The notes under the pieces are model-generated. The model made no database searches and was not told the origin of the DNA. It was given only the letters and a program-made list of their open reading frames with translations. From an uncultured bacterium (GTDB lineage: Bacteria; Zhuqueibacterota; QNDG01; DTFT01): a stretch of 57,910 nt of DNA. Position 1 is the first letter of the stretch. Each line of letters opens with the position of its first letter. Made by a program: the position numbers and the translations under genes. The DNA lies in contig CAVTNR010000015.1 of NCBI GenBank assembly GCA_963736115.1, positions 1 to 57,910 of the forward strand, in the 5' to 3' direction. Positions 1-8,507 of this stretch are shown in pieces.

Positions 1-567
1 TAACAGGCTCCATGCCGATCTGAAAAAACACCCGCAGCCTTTTTTTATTTTGAATTTGCACCCTGACTGCATCCAACCGGCTCTGCAGCCTGGCAACGAG
101 CATCTTTGCAGCCTCCTGTCGGCCGGTCACGGCGCCGACATGGATAATGCTCCGCAAAATACCGCCGTATCAACTGGATGGGTCACATAAACCACCATGC
201 CGATCTTTTCCAGCTGCCGCACGGTCTCCGCCGATTACCGTCGGCAGTCGCCGCAATTAAATCCGGCCTCAGAGAAACGATTTTCTCCAGCGACGGATTG
301 GTAAACCCTCCGACACTTGTCTTCTGACGGGCTTTTTCGGGCCAGTCGCAAAACCGGGTGACGCCGACAATCCGTAGTCATCCAGATTCAGGGCGAAAAA
401 GAATTTCGTGATGCCGGGGCCAGAGACACAATTCTCTAAGGCGTTCCCGAAAGAGTCACGTTACGGCCCGTCTCATCCGTGACCCTTTCAGCAGGGACGG
501 CATTCGCGGGAGGAATCGACAGGAGAACCGCTAAAACGCAAAGTACCGTTCCGGCAACAATTTTCAT
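1..567 (-). pseudogene. Cobalamin/iron-siderophore ABC transporter substrate-binding protein (BtuF-like); frameshifted, runs off window start
   Basis: Manual translation from ATG at 567: signal peptide MKIVAGTVLCVLAVLLS, then VTDETGRNV..RIVSLAPGIT, FCDWP..VGGFTNPSLEKIVSL.PDL and RVFFQIG spread over several frames. The indels may be sequencing errors. Confidence 0.75.
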
Positions 568-607
568 CTTATACCTGATAGCTTTCAAGATGGCATCCCG
601 ACGCCGC

Positions 608-1171
608 TCAATCCGTCATCCGATAGCGGAACGACGCAATGATGTGCAGTCGCGACAGGTCGTAAGCTTGAGGAAGAGGCGCGAAAGGTGCTGCGGTCTT
701 CACCGCGTCCAGCGTTCCGGCATCGAGATTCTCAAAACCGGAAGAAGACATGAGCGCCGCCTGCTCAAGATGGCCGCCCGCGTCAATCGAGATTTTAACC
801 ACCACTGTTCCCTCTTCATTTTTTTCGCGCGACCCCGCGGGATACTTCCAGATGGGCATGATCTTTTTTTTTCAAGGCCACTAAATACGCAGCGTATTTA
901 ACGTCCGGAACTTCCGATATTCACGGTTTCTTCGGCGTCCGCCCTCTGGAACAGGCTTCGCCTTCCCGGACTTCGCGAGGTTTCTTTTCCTGTTCCTTCT
1001 TCTGATCTTTTTGGGGTTCGGCAACCGGCGCCGGCTCCGTTAACTGCACGGTAAAGAGTTCATCGGCTTTGACGTTATCGCGCAAATCAACCATGCTGCT
1101 GACCGTAATGAGGGCAACATGTCCGATGATGGATATGAGGATCGGCCATAAAAATATTTTTTTTGATCCAT
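608..1171 (-). CDS. tonB: Energy transducer TonB family protein, split by frameshifts
   Basis: N-terminal TM KKIFLWPILISIIGHVALI plus Pro/Lys/Glu linker (ORF 921-1469); TonB_C domain YP..SREKNEEGTVVVKISIDAGG..SSGFENLDAGTLDAVKTAAPF (ORF 608-859). Breaks fall partly at homopolymers. Confidence 0.75.
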
Positions 1172-1266
1172 GATTGTCTCGCTTGACCGGAATCATATAC
1201 GGCATTTGCCCCAAAATCAACAATATGATACGTGCAATGTGACGAAAGACACGAAAGAGATAATGG

Positions 1267-1740
1267 ATGTTCAAAGATATTGATTTCATGCAGATCGCCC
1301 TTGCGGAAGCCAACGCCGCTTTCGCCGAGGACGAGGCGCCGATCGGCGCGGTGCTGGTGCAAGACGGCCGGATACTGGCAAGTGCGCATAATACGCCTGT
1401 CGCCGGCTGTGACGCTTCGGCGCACGCGGAAATGACGGCTATCCGGCGGGCCTGCCAGGAAGCAGGCAATTATCGTCTGACCGGCGCGGAGCTCTATGTC
1501 ACCCTGGAACCCTGTCTGATGTGCGCGGGCGCAATTCTTCAGGCCAGACTGGCGCGGGTTATTTTCGGCGCGAGAGATCCGAAGGCGGGCGCCGTGGTTT
1601 CTCTCTATCATGTTTTGAATGATAACCGTCTGAATCATCAGGCAGATGTCACGGAGGGAGTATTGCGGGAAGCCTGCGGGGAAATTTTGAGTAGATTTTT
1701 TAAGGAAAAGAGAGTAAGAGCCGATTCGGCAAGTAAATAA
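1267..1740 (+). CDS. tadA: tRNA adenosine(34) deaminase
   Basis: Motifs AHAE, LYVTLEPCLMCAGA, FGARDPKAG, LNH; typical position beside tRNA-Ser, ffs and dnaX. Confidence 0.95.
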   Translation: MFKDIDFMQIALAEANAAFAEDEAPIGAVLVQDGRILASAHNTPVAGCDASAHAEMTAIRRACQEAGNYRLTGAELYVTLEPCLMCAGAILQARLARVIFGARDPKAGAVVSLYHVLNDNRLNHQADVTEGVLREACGEILSRFFKEKRVRADSASK

Positions 1741-1852
1741 ATGTCTGAGTGGCCGAAGGAGCACGACTGGAAATCGTGTGTATGCCCACAAAGGTGTACC
1801 GCGGGTTCGCCCAGCATGCGCTGGGCGCCCGGCGAATGCCTTGCGAATCCCG
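1741..1852 (+). repeat. Partial duplicate of tRNA-Ser(GGA) interrupted in the T-loop by a 36-bp palindromic insert
   Basis: 1741-1809 is identical to 1944-2012; insert 1810-1845; then AATCCCG resumes the tRNA. The acceptor stem is missing. Confidence 0.9.
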
Positions 1853-1937
1853 ACGACGCATTGAATCCGGGTTAAGTGCAAAAAAGAGTAGAACCTTAAC
1901 AAAGGGTAAGATATTTGAAAAACAAATCAAAATACGC

Positions 1938-2031
1938 GGAGAGATGTCTGAGTGGCCGAAGGAGCACGACTGGAAATCGTGTGTATGCCCACAAAGGTGT
2001 ACCGCGGGTTCGAATCCCGCTCTCTCCGCCA
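1938..2031 (+). tRNA. tRNA-Ser(GGA)
   Basis: GGAGAGA/TCTCTCC acceptor stem, anticodon arm CACGA-CTGGAAA-TCGTG, long variable arm, GGTTCGAATCC, encoded CCA. Confidence 0.97.
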
Positions 2032-2040
2032 TTTTTTTAA

Positions 2041-2295
2041 ATGCACTATGTTTACATATTACAGAGTGAAGTGGACAAAGAATTTTATATTGGGAAAACC
2101 AGCGATCTCAAAAGGCGGCATGCTGAGCATTCGAGAGGCCAGGTGGAGTCCACGAGGCACAGGCGGCCCCTGAAATTACTATGTTATGAGGCCTATCCGA
2201 CCCAAGAAGAAGCCGCAAGGCGGGAAACATATCTAAAAAGCAGCGACGGAAGAAAAGATATAAAGAAGCGAATCATAGAAAGCATGATCCCATAA
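2041..2295 (+). CDS. Small stand-alone GIY-YIG nuclease (UPF0213-like)
   Basis: YVYILQS..FYIGKTSDLKRRHAEH..G..ST..RRPLKL..E..A..RE..LKS; 84 aa filling the gap between two tRNAs. Confidence 0.9.
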   Translation: MHYVYILQSEVDKEFYIGKTSDLKRRHAEHSRGQVESTRHRRPLKLLCYEAYPTQEEAARRETYLKSSDGRKDIKKRIIESMIP

Positions 2296-2297
2296 CC

Positions 2298-2391
2298 GGA
2301 GAGTTACCGAAGTGGTCGTAACGGGATCGACTCGAAATCGATTTGGGGGCCACAAGCTCCCACGGGGGTTCGAATCCCCCACTCTCCGCCA
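2298..2391 (+). tRNA. tRNA-Ser(CGA)
   Basis: GGAGAGT/ACTCTCC acceptor stem, anticodon arm ATCGA-CTCGAAA-TCGAT, long variable arm, GGTTCGAATCC, encoded CCA. Confidence 0.97.
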
Positions 2392-2424
2392 GCAGATATA
2401 ATAATAAATTCCAGTAACCGCAAT

Positions 2425-2486
2425 GGTTCGTCCGGCATGCGCCGGACGCCCGGCGATTGCCGGGCGAATCCCCCACTCTCCGCCAG
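2425..2486 (+). repeat. Duplicate of the tRNA-Ser(CGA) 3' end interrupted in the T-loop by a 36-bp palindromic insert
   Basis: GGTTCG (2425-2430), insert 2431-2466, then AATCCCCCACTCTCCGCCAG identical to 2373-2392. Confidence 0.9.
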
Positions 2487-2615
2487 AATTATTAGGGACT
2501 GTTGTACGATTCCACAATGATCGGGGCGACCCTCGCCGGTCAGTAAAAAAATTTGAGTTGATTCCTGTTCATTTATCTATTAAAAGTCTCTAATAAGTCA
2601 TTTGTATAAAAAGTA

Positions 2616-2712
2616 TGGCCGGGTCCCGTACAACGGAGGCTTGTGAACCCCGTCAGGTCCGGAAGGAAGCAGCGGCAGCAAATACCACCATGTGTTGCGG
2701 TAAACCCGGTCA
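2616..2712 (+). ncRNA. ffs: Signal recognition particle RNA (small, 4.5S type)
   Basis: Helix-8 motif TCAGGTCCGGAAGGAAGCAGC; terminal stem TGGCCGGG/CCCGGTCA; directly upstream of dnaX. Confidence 0.93.
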
Positions 2713-2758
2713 CCAGTAAACATTTTCTCGGTTTAAATACCCACTAAATGAGGTTCAG

Positions 2759-2870
2759 TTGGAATACCTGGTTTTAGCCCGAAAATTTCGCCCGCAGACT
2801 TTTTGAGGATGTTGCGGGTCGGAGCTGTGGTCCGCACGCTCGTGAACGCGATCGGCCAGGGACGCATAGG
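2759..2870 (+). pseudogene. dnaX: DNA polymerase III gamma/tau 5' fragment, frameshifted and truncated
   Basis: TTG start, MEYLVLARKFRPQTF, then in shifted frames EDVAG and VVRTLVNAIGQGRI; homology stops at ~2870. Confidence 0.85.
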
Positions 2871-3047
2871 TTTTTCATTTATTTCAAGGAATTTCTTTCA
2901 TATTTCGGAATTTTTACAATATATTGCATGAAACCATCGCTGTTATGGGCCGTTTATCATTTTGAAACAACATTATTGAATGGGCAGGTTCAGCCGATAG
3001 GGCATTAAATACTTTATAAACAAATACATAAATATAGGGGAAACGTC

Positions 3048-3350
3048 ATGACTGATTTTTTTGAAAAAGCTTATATGGCCGGGCTCGGCGCCTGGACCGT
3101 GACCATGGAAAAAGCCAAGGAAATCGTGGACGATCTCGTGGAAAAGGGCAAGATCACGGCTGACGAAGCGCCGAAAATCCTGAAAGAAGTGGTCGCCAAA
3201 GCCGAGGAAAGCAAAAAGGCGCTGGAGGAACGCGTCGAAAAAGGCGTGGAGAACACGGTGAACAGGCTCAATCTGGCGACGAAATCGGATGTTCAGCGGG
3301 TGGAGGAAAAACTCGATCTGATTTTGAAGGAATTGCAGAAGAAAAAATGA
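3048..3350 (+). CDS. Phasin / PHA-granule-associated family protein
   Basis: AYMAGLGA..EKAKEIVDDLVEKGKIT..EA..LNLATKSDV pattern; purine-rich RBS. Confidence 0.75.
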   Translation: MTDFFEKAYMAGLGAWTVTMEKAKEIVDDLVEKGKITADEAPKILKEVVAKAEESKKALEERVEKGVENTVNRLNLATKSDVQRVEEKLDLILKELQKKK

Positions 3351-4513
3351 CCGAAAGGAACGCGGGCCCTTGGCGCCCGCGTTCTCTTCTTTTCCCCCGC
3401 CATTTTCGACGCCCACGCCTCGTACCGCTCCTCAGGCACGACCAGGGACAGCGCGCCGAACTTCGCCGGATCTCTCAGCGGCGTGGGTTCGATGCGCAGC
3501 TTCGGCCTGAGCATGTTGTTCCCGGCGGTCAGGGCATCCGCTTTCTCCGCGATGCGCCGCACATGCCAGGGGTGGTGCAGGGCGATGCTCTCGCCCGCGC
3601 CGATCACCTGAAGCCCGAACAGCAGGGCCGCTGCGACGGCTGTGTAGCCGGTCACATCCGCGGCCAGTTCCGCGATGAAGCAGGCCAGCCCGTCCTTGCC
3701 CTCCCGCGCCAGGTCCATGATCCGTTTAGAATCGGCGGCGCCGTTCTTCAATGCAGATGCGGACACCAACCGACTCAGTCCGGGGAACGCCGCTTCCAGT
3801 TCCGGTTTTCCTTCCATGGACAGGAGGATGCGGGCCGTTTCCTGCAGGCCGCGTCCGGAAGCGTAGTTCTCCGCGCATGCGGTTCTGCGGCCTTCCGTGC
3901 ATCCGCATTCCTGAAGCAGCCAGTCCGGCATGGACCGGACCGGGATGTGGCCGATCTCCGTCAGCGCCGAATAGAAGGGGATGCCGAATCCGAAGCCCGT
4001 GCCGAGGATGATATAGCCGGTCTCGCGGGGCTCGATTCCGGATACGGCCCGGTAATAAATGCCCTGGGCCGTGGCCGCGGCATTTCCGTCGTTCGCGGCC
4101 TGCACGCCGTCCGAGGCGTCCGCGACGACAATTCCCGAACGGCCGGAGCCGAAATCGGCCGCGAACCGCATCGGCGCATTGCTGCCCACCATGACGATCT
4201 TTCCGTTTTGCACCCACGTCTTGCCGCAGAGGCTGTAGCCTTTGCGCTCGGGGGCCGCGGCGCCAGCGGTGCGCTTCGCCTCTTTCAGAAATTCAGATTC
4301 GAGCTTTTCCAGATAAGCGGCCACCCGCCGCTCCGCGGGAACATCGGTCATTTCCGCATCGATCACGGTTTGCGGCTCGCCTCCGGCCGTGAGCCGCGAC
4401 GTCCGCTGAAACGGGCTCGGATAGGATCTTTCATGCAGAAAATTCCCGTCCGCGTCCGCGAGCACGAATCCGGCCTTCGTGCCGCCGAGATCGACACCCA
4501 GAGTGTTGGACAT
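3293..4513 (-). CDS. ROK family sugar kinase-like protein (in frame with the upstream LacI gene)
   Basis: GVDLGGTK, ANDGNAAA, ILGTGFG, EIGH..CGC..CAENYASG; own GGAGG RBS before ATG 4513. The 3' end is uncertain because it overlaps the phasin gene. Confidence 0.8.
   Translation of the reverse strand: MSNTLGVDLGGTKAGFVLADADGNFLHERSYPSPFQRTSRLTAGGEPQTVIDAEMTDVPAERRVAAYLEKLESEFLKEAKRTAGAAAPERKGYSLCGKTWVQNGKIVMVGSNAPMRFAADFGSGRSGIVVADASDGVQAANDGNAAATAQGIYYRAVSGIEPRETGYIILGTGFGFGIPFYSALTEIGHIPVRSMPDWLLQECGCTEGRRTACAENYASGRGLQETARILLSMEGKPELEAAFPGLSRLVSASALKNGAADSKRIMDLAREGKDGLACFIAELAADVTGYTAVAAALLFGLQVIGAGESIALHHPWHVRRIAEKADALTAGNNMLRPKLRIEPTPLRDPAKFGALSLVVPEERYEAWASKMAGEKKRTRAPRARVPFGHFFFCNSFKIRSSFSSTR
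3358..3393 (+). terminator. Intrinsic terminator after the phasin gene
   Basis: GAACGCGGGC-7nt-GCCCGCGTTC followed by TCTTCTTTT. Confidence 0.65.
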
Positions 4514-5566
4514 GAAGATTCCTCCGTGTTCCCCGTTGATTTGAGGATCATCCGGAACCCGGCGGATCCGCGAAAGATCGCGCACGGAATCGCGTTCCAC
4601 GATGCGCACCGGGACCACCGTCACAAACGGCATCTTCGGCTCGCGCCGGATCAGTCGCAGGATGTTCCGCACCGCCAGGGAGCCGAGTTCCTCCTTGTAC
4701 ACGCGCACCGTGGTCAGGGGCGGCGACGCGTGCCGGGCCAGCTCGATGTCGTCGAATCCGGCGATGCTGACGTCATCCGGAATCTTCAGCCCGGCCTCCA
4801 CGATGGCCTTGAGCCCGTATATGGCGTTGATGTCGTTTGCGAAGAAAACAGCCGTCGGCCGGCCCGCTTCGAGCAGGCCGCGGACATGCGCGTATCCGTC
4901 CTCCAGCCCGCCGGAGCGGACCAGCGCCGGATCCGGATCGATGCCGTTCCGGTTCAGGGCCTTCAGGTAGCCGAGGTAACGCAGCCTGAAGCTCTGGCGT
5001 TCCAGGTCCCCGGAAACGAAACCGATGCGGCTGTGCCCCTTCCGAACCAGGTACTCGGTGATGAGAAAACCCCCGTGCTCGTTGTCGATGAGTATCTGAT
5101 GGCAGTCTTCCGTCGGCTGCTTCGGGTCGAGCAGGATCATCGGGAGCCCGTTCTGACGGATGCAATCCACGAAGGCCTGCTGAAACGTGCCCACGAGTAT
5201 AACGGCATCCACCTGCTTCTCGCGGATCATGCGGGGCAGTTCATTCTGTCCGGATTCCGTGATGAGAAGCAGAATCAGACTGTAGCCGTTCACAGCGGTT
5301 TCAGCTTCGATGCCTTCGAGCACGCGCGAATAAAAAGGATTGATGGAAAGCGGCTGGGACTCCCGGCAGAAGATGAGGCCGACATTGCGCGTGACCCGGC
5401 TTTTCAGACCCTTACCGAAAGCGCTGGGAGTGAAGTGATGGCTCCGGGCCAGTTCCCGGATGCGTTTTTTCGTGTCCTCCCCGACATCCGGGCGGTCGTT
5501 CAGGGCTTTCGAAACCGTGGACTGCGAGACATTGGCCATACGGGCGATGTCTTTGATCGTGATCAT
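4514..5566 (-). CDS. LacI family transcriptional regulator (no stop codon before the ROK ORF)
   Basis: HTH TIKDIARMANVSQSTVSKALN; sugar-binding domain ending IPDDVSIAGFDD..PPLTTV..IVERDS. Confidence 0.92.
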
Positions 5567-5656
5567 GTGCATACCGACTGGGATGGGATAATGATTGAAC
5601 GGATCAGTGCTGGGTCCGTTTAATTTTTCTAATTGGATGCTTGGGCGATTGGCTGG

Positions 5657-5709
5657 CGAAATCGTTTTCGTGAATATCACAAAGTAACACTCTCAGTGAA
5701 AAAAGTCAA
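5657..5709 (-). promoter_or_regulatory. Sigma70 promoter and LacI-type operator
   Basis: TTGACT-17-TACTTT with extended TG; CG-centred palindrome CGAAATCGTTTTCG at 5657-5670 just downstream. Confidence 0.65.
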
Positions 5710-5850
5710 GCCGAAACACAGGATGTCCCATCAGGACAGACAACCTCTCTTCTCCGTTTCTCCGTCACTCCGTCACCCTCCCCCCATCCGCTTTTCATTT
5801 GTATTTCTCCCCGCATCATCCTAAATTGAACGCAAACACGGAGGCAACCC

Positions 5851-6318
5851 ATGAAGCGGAATACGATCGGCGCCATCAGTCTCGGCGCGGTGGCTCTGGC
5901 ATTGGCGGCCGCGGTTCAATCCCTTTTTCAGGAATCCATTCTGCTCGGGGCCGCATACCTGTTTCTCGCGTCCCTGGCAGTTCCGGTCGTGCTCTTCGCT
6001 TTCTGCGCAAAATGCCCGGACCGGAGCAACTGCGGCCATGTACTGCCCGGAAAGGCCGCGGTCGCGCTGTTCGCCGAACGGAAGTGCTCGGCCTACATGG
6101 CCGGGGATTGGGCCCTGACCGCGGCCGGCCTTGCCATCCTTCTGCTCCTTCCCCAGATCTGGCTGTGGAAACACCCGGTCGCATTCGCCTTTTTCTGGCT
6201 CGTCATGATCGCGGCTGGAACCGGCATCACCACCCGATTGTGCCCTTCGTGCGGGAACACCCATTGTCCGGCCTGTGGAAAGGGATCCCGCGGAACCGGT
6301 AAGCGGAGCAAATCATGA
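5851..6318 (+). CDS. Cys-rich membrane protein
   Basis: About four hydrophobic segments; CAKCPDRSNCGH and CPSCGNTHCPAC; GGAGG RBS; ATGA overlap with the next gene. Confidence 0.7.
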   Translation: MKRNTIGAISLGAVALALAAAVQSLFQESILLGAAYLFLASLAVPVVLFAFCAKCPDRSNCGHVLPGKAAVALFAERKCSAYMAGDWALTAAGLAILLLLPQIWLWKHPVAFAFFWLVMIAAGTGITTRLCPSCGNTHCPACGKGSRGTGKRSKS

Positions 6319-7877
6319 AGGCCCCGAAAAAACGCGCTCCCGCACGGAAGCCCCAGAAACGGAAACCTTCCGCCGCAAGCTCCTCCGCCCGTGGAACCTG
6401 GAAGGCATCCGGCAGGTCAAACCGATCCGCGAGCCGCGGCCTAAAACGCAAGCCCGCGTCTCCCGTGGCGCGGAAACACGGCTTGGATGTCCCGCTCTGC
6501 GAGGCGGTCGGCGGGAATACCCGTGTTCCGGTCGCGGCCGGAGCGAAGAAGCGATACGTGAACCTCGACAATGCCGCGTCCACACCCGCGATCCGGCCCG
6601 TGCTCGACGCCGTCGTTTCCTTCGCGCCCTGGTACAGCAATGTCCACCGGGGCACGGGGTTCAAGTCGAAGCTTTCATCCCGGGCCTTTGACCGTTCTCG
6701 CGAACTCATTTACCGTTTCGTCCGCGCCACGCCGGAACGCCGCATCGTACTGTTCACACGCAACACAACCGAGTCGATCAACCACCTCGCCGCGCGCTTC
6801 CCCTTCAAACCGGACGACGTGGTGCTGACCACGGTGATGGAGCACCACTCGAACGAACTACCCTGGCGCAAGGCGGCCCGTGTCGCGCACGTGGACGTGC
6901 TTCCGGACGGCCGCGTCGACGAGGCCGATTTCCGGGCCAAGCTGGAACAGAACCGGGGCCGCGTCGCGCTCGTGGCTGTCACAGGCGCCTCGAACGTGAC
7001 CGGGTACATCAATCCCGTGCACGATTACGCGCGGTGGACGCACGCGGCAGGCGCCCGTATTTTCGTGGACGCGGCCCAGCTGGCGCCGCACCGGCCGATC
7101 GACATGAAGGACCCGGACGATCCGGAGGCACTGGACTTCATCGCTTTCTCGGCACACAAGATGTACGCGCCTTTCGGCGCGGGCGTGCTGGTGGGCGAAC
7201 GCTCCGTGTTCGAGAAAGGCGATCCCAGCCTGGTGGGCGGCGGCGCTGTGGACATCGTGAACCTGGAGAATGCCTACTGGACGGACCTCCCGGACCGGGA
7301 AGAGGCGGGAACGCCGGATATCGTGGGCGCTGTGGCGCTCGGCGCCGCCATCCGCTGGATCGAGAAGACCGGGTGGGAGAAAATCATCGGCCACGAGGCC
7401 GGGCTTACGGCCTACGCGCTGGAAAAACTCGGCCGGATTCCGGGGATATCGATTTACGGCGACGCGGATCCGGCCCGCGCCGCGAACCGGCTGGGCGTGA
7501 TTCCGTTGAACGTGGGGAAACTGCCGCACGCCCTGACAGCCGCGATCCTCGGCGCCGAGTGGGCGATCGGCACGCGCAGCGGCTGTTTCTGCGCGCACCC
7601 GTACGTGAAATGCCTGCTGCACGTCGGCGAAACCGAAGGGCGGGAGATGGAAAAGCGCATTCTCAACCGCGATCGCTCCATCGTTCCCGGAGCGGTGCGG
7701 GTCAGCTTCGGCGTGTACAACACGAAGGAGGATGTGGACGTGCTTTGCGAGGCGCTGGCCGCTATCGCATCCGGACGCTTTCTGGACGGGTATGAGCTGA
7801 ACAAGGAGAGGGGGGAGTACACTTTAAGGGGCATGACCGAGGATTACGGGAAGTTCTTTAAAGAGATTGGGGATTGA
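6315..7877 (+). CDS. Class V PLP-dependent enzyme, cysteine desulfurase (SufS)-like
   Basis: NLDNAAST, YSNVHRG, EHHSNELPW, VDAAQL, FSAHKMYAPFG (PLP Lys), EEAGTPD, RSGCFCAHPY. Confidence 0.9.
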   Translation: MKAPKKRAPARKPQKRKPSAASSSARGTWKASGRSNRSASRGLKRKPASPVARKHGLDVPLCEAVGGNTRVPVAAGAKKRYVNLDNAASTPAIRPVLDAVVSFAPWYSNVHRGTGFKSKLSSRAFDRSRELIYRFVRATPERRIVLFTRNTTESINHLAARFPFKPDDVVLTTVMEHHSNELPWRKAARVAHVDVLPDGRVDEADFRAKLEQNRGRVALVAVTGASNVTGYINPVHDYARWTHAAGARIFVDAAQLAPHRPIDMKDPDDPEALDFIAFSAHKMYAPFGAGVLVGERSVFEKGDPSLVGGGAVDIVNLENAYWTDLPDREEAGTPDIVGAVALGAAIRWIEKTGWEKIIGHEAGLTAYALEKLGRIPGISIYGDADPARAANRLGVIPLNVGKLPHALTAAILGAEWAIGTRSGCFCAHPYVKCLLHVGETEGREMEKRILNRDRSIVPGAVRVSFGVYNTKEDVDVLCEALAAIASGRFLDGYELNKERGEYTLRGMTEDYGKFFKEIGD

Positions 7878-7955
7878 AGATTGGAGGCCGTAGGCCGTAA
7901 GTCCGCGTCAGCGGATTGCGGATTCACGATCTGAGATATCGACACTGGCATGATC

Positions 7956-7988
7956 GCCCGGGCCGAAGGTTCGTCCCGGGCTTTTCTC
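7956..7988 (+). terminator. Intrinsic terminator
   Basis: GCCCGGG...CCCGGGC followed by TTTTCTC. Confidence 0.55.
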
Positions 7989-8099
7989 TAATAAACATGT
8001 CATCCGGCCGCGGTTCACGGTCTCGCGCGGCGCAGAGGCAGGATCAATCAACAGATGCCGGCTATTGAAGACTCTGCGCAGAGAAAAATATTCGCGCCT

Positions 8100-8507
8100 C
8101 TAATCCAACAGCCTCTTCTGCCCTTCCAATTTCCGTATATGCTCCACGTCCTGCGTGCATTCCATGCACCCCAGGTATTTTCCGGACTCGTCCCGCAGGG
8201 CGAAGAACTCGATCAGCACCTTGTGCGGCTCGCCGGCAGGGCCTATCTTCAAATCGATCCAGAACCGCGCGGAGTCGCGCTTTCCCGCCTTCATTTCATC
8301 CACGATCTGAATCACTTTATCCACGCTGGTTTCCGGGTGGCAGTTGCGGAAATTCACGCCCATGGATGTCAGCGGCCGCTTGAACAGCCGGTTCTCGTGC
8401 CTGTTCCAGCCCGCCACCTCGTCGTTCGCGTCGATAACGGTGAGCTCCATCGGCAGTGATTCGAGGATGGCAGTGAGCATTTTCTCGTTCATCTGGTCGA
8501 CGCGCAT
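8100..8507 (-). CDS. Stand-alone PAS domain protein (PAS_10 type)
   Basis: ILESLPMELTVIDANDEV..NCHP..FWI..LRDESGKYLGCMECTQDV; AGGAG RBS before ATG 8507. Confidence 0.85.
   Translation of the reverse strand: MRVDQMNEKMLTAILESLPMELTVIDANDEVAGWNRHENRLFKRPLTSMGVNFRNCHPETSVDKVIQIVDEMKAGKRDSARFWIDLKIGPAGEPHKVLIEFFALRDESGKYLGCMECTQDVEHIRKLEGQKRLLD

Noticed and set aside
1-1171. Genuine pseudogenisation or programmed frameshifting of btuF-like and tonB genes
   Set aside because: Indels are dense, often at homopolymers, and also hit essential dnaX, which fits low-coverage long-read error better.
1741-2486. Integrated element with attL/attR, split tRNA, or intron-containing tRNA
   Set aside because: No integrase or cargo lies between the duplicates, the two partial copies derive from different tRNAs, and neither copy has a complete acceptor stem, so splicing could not yield a tRNA.
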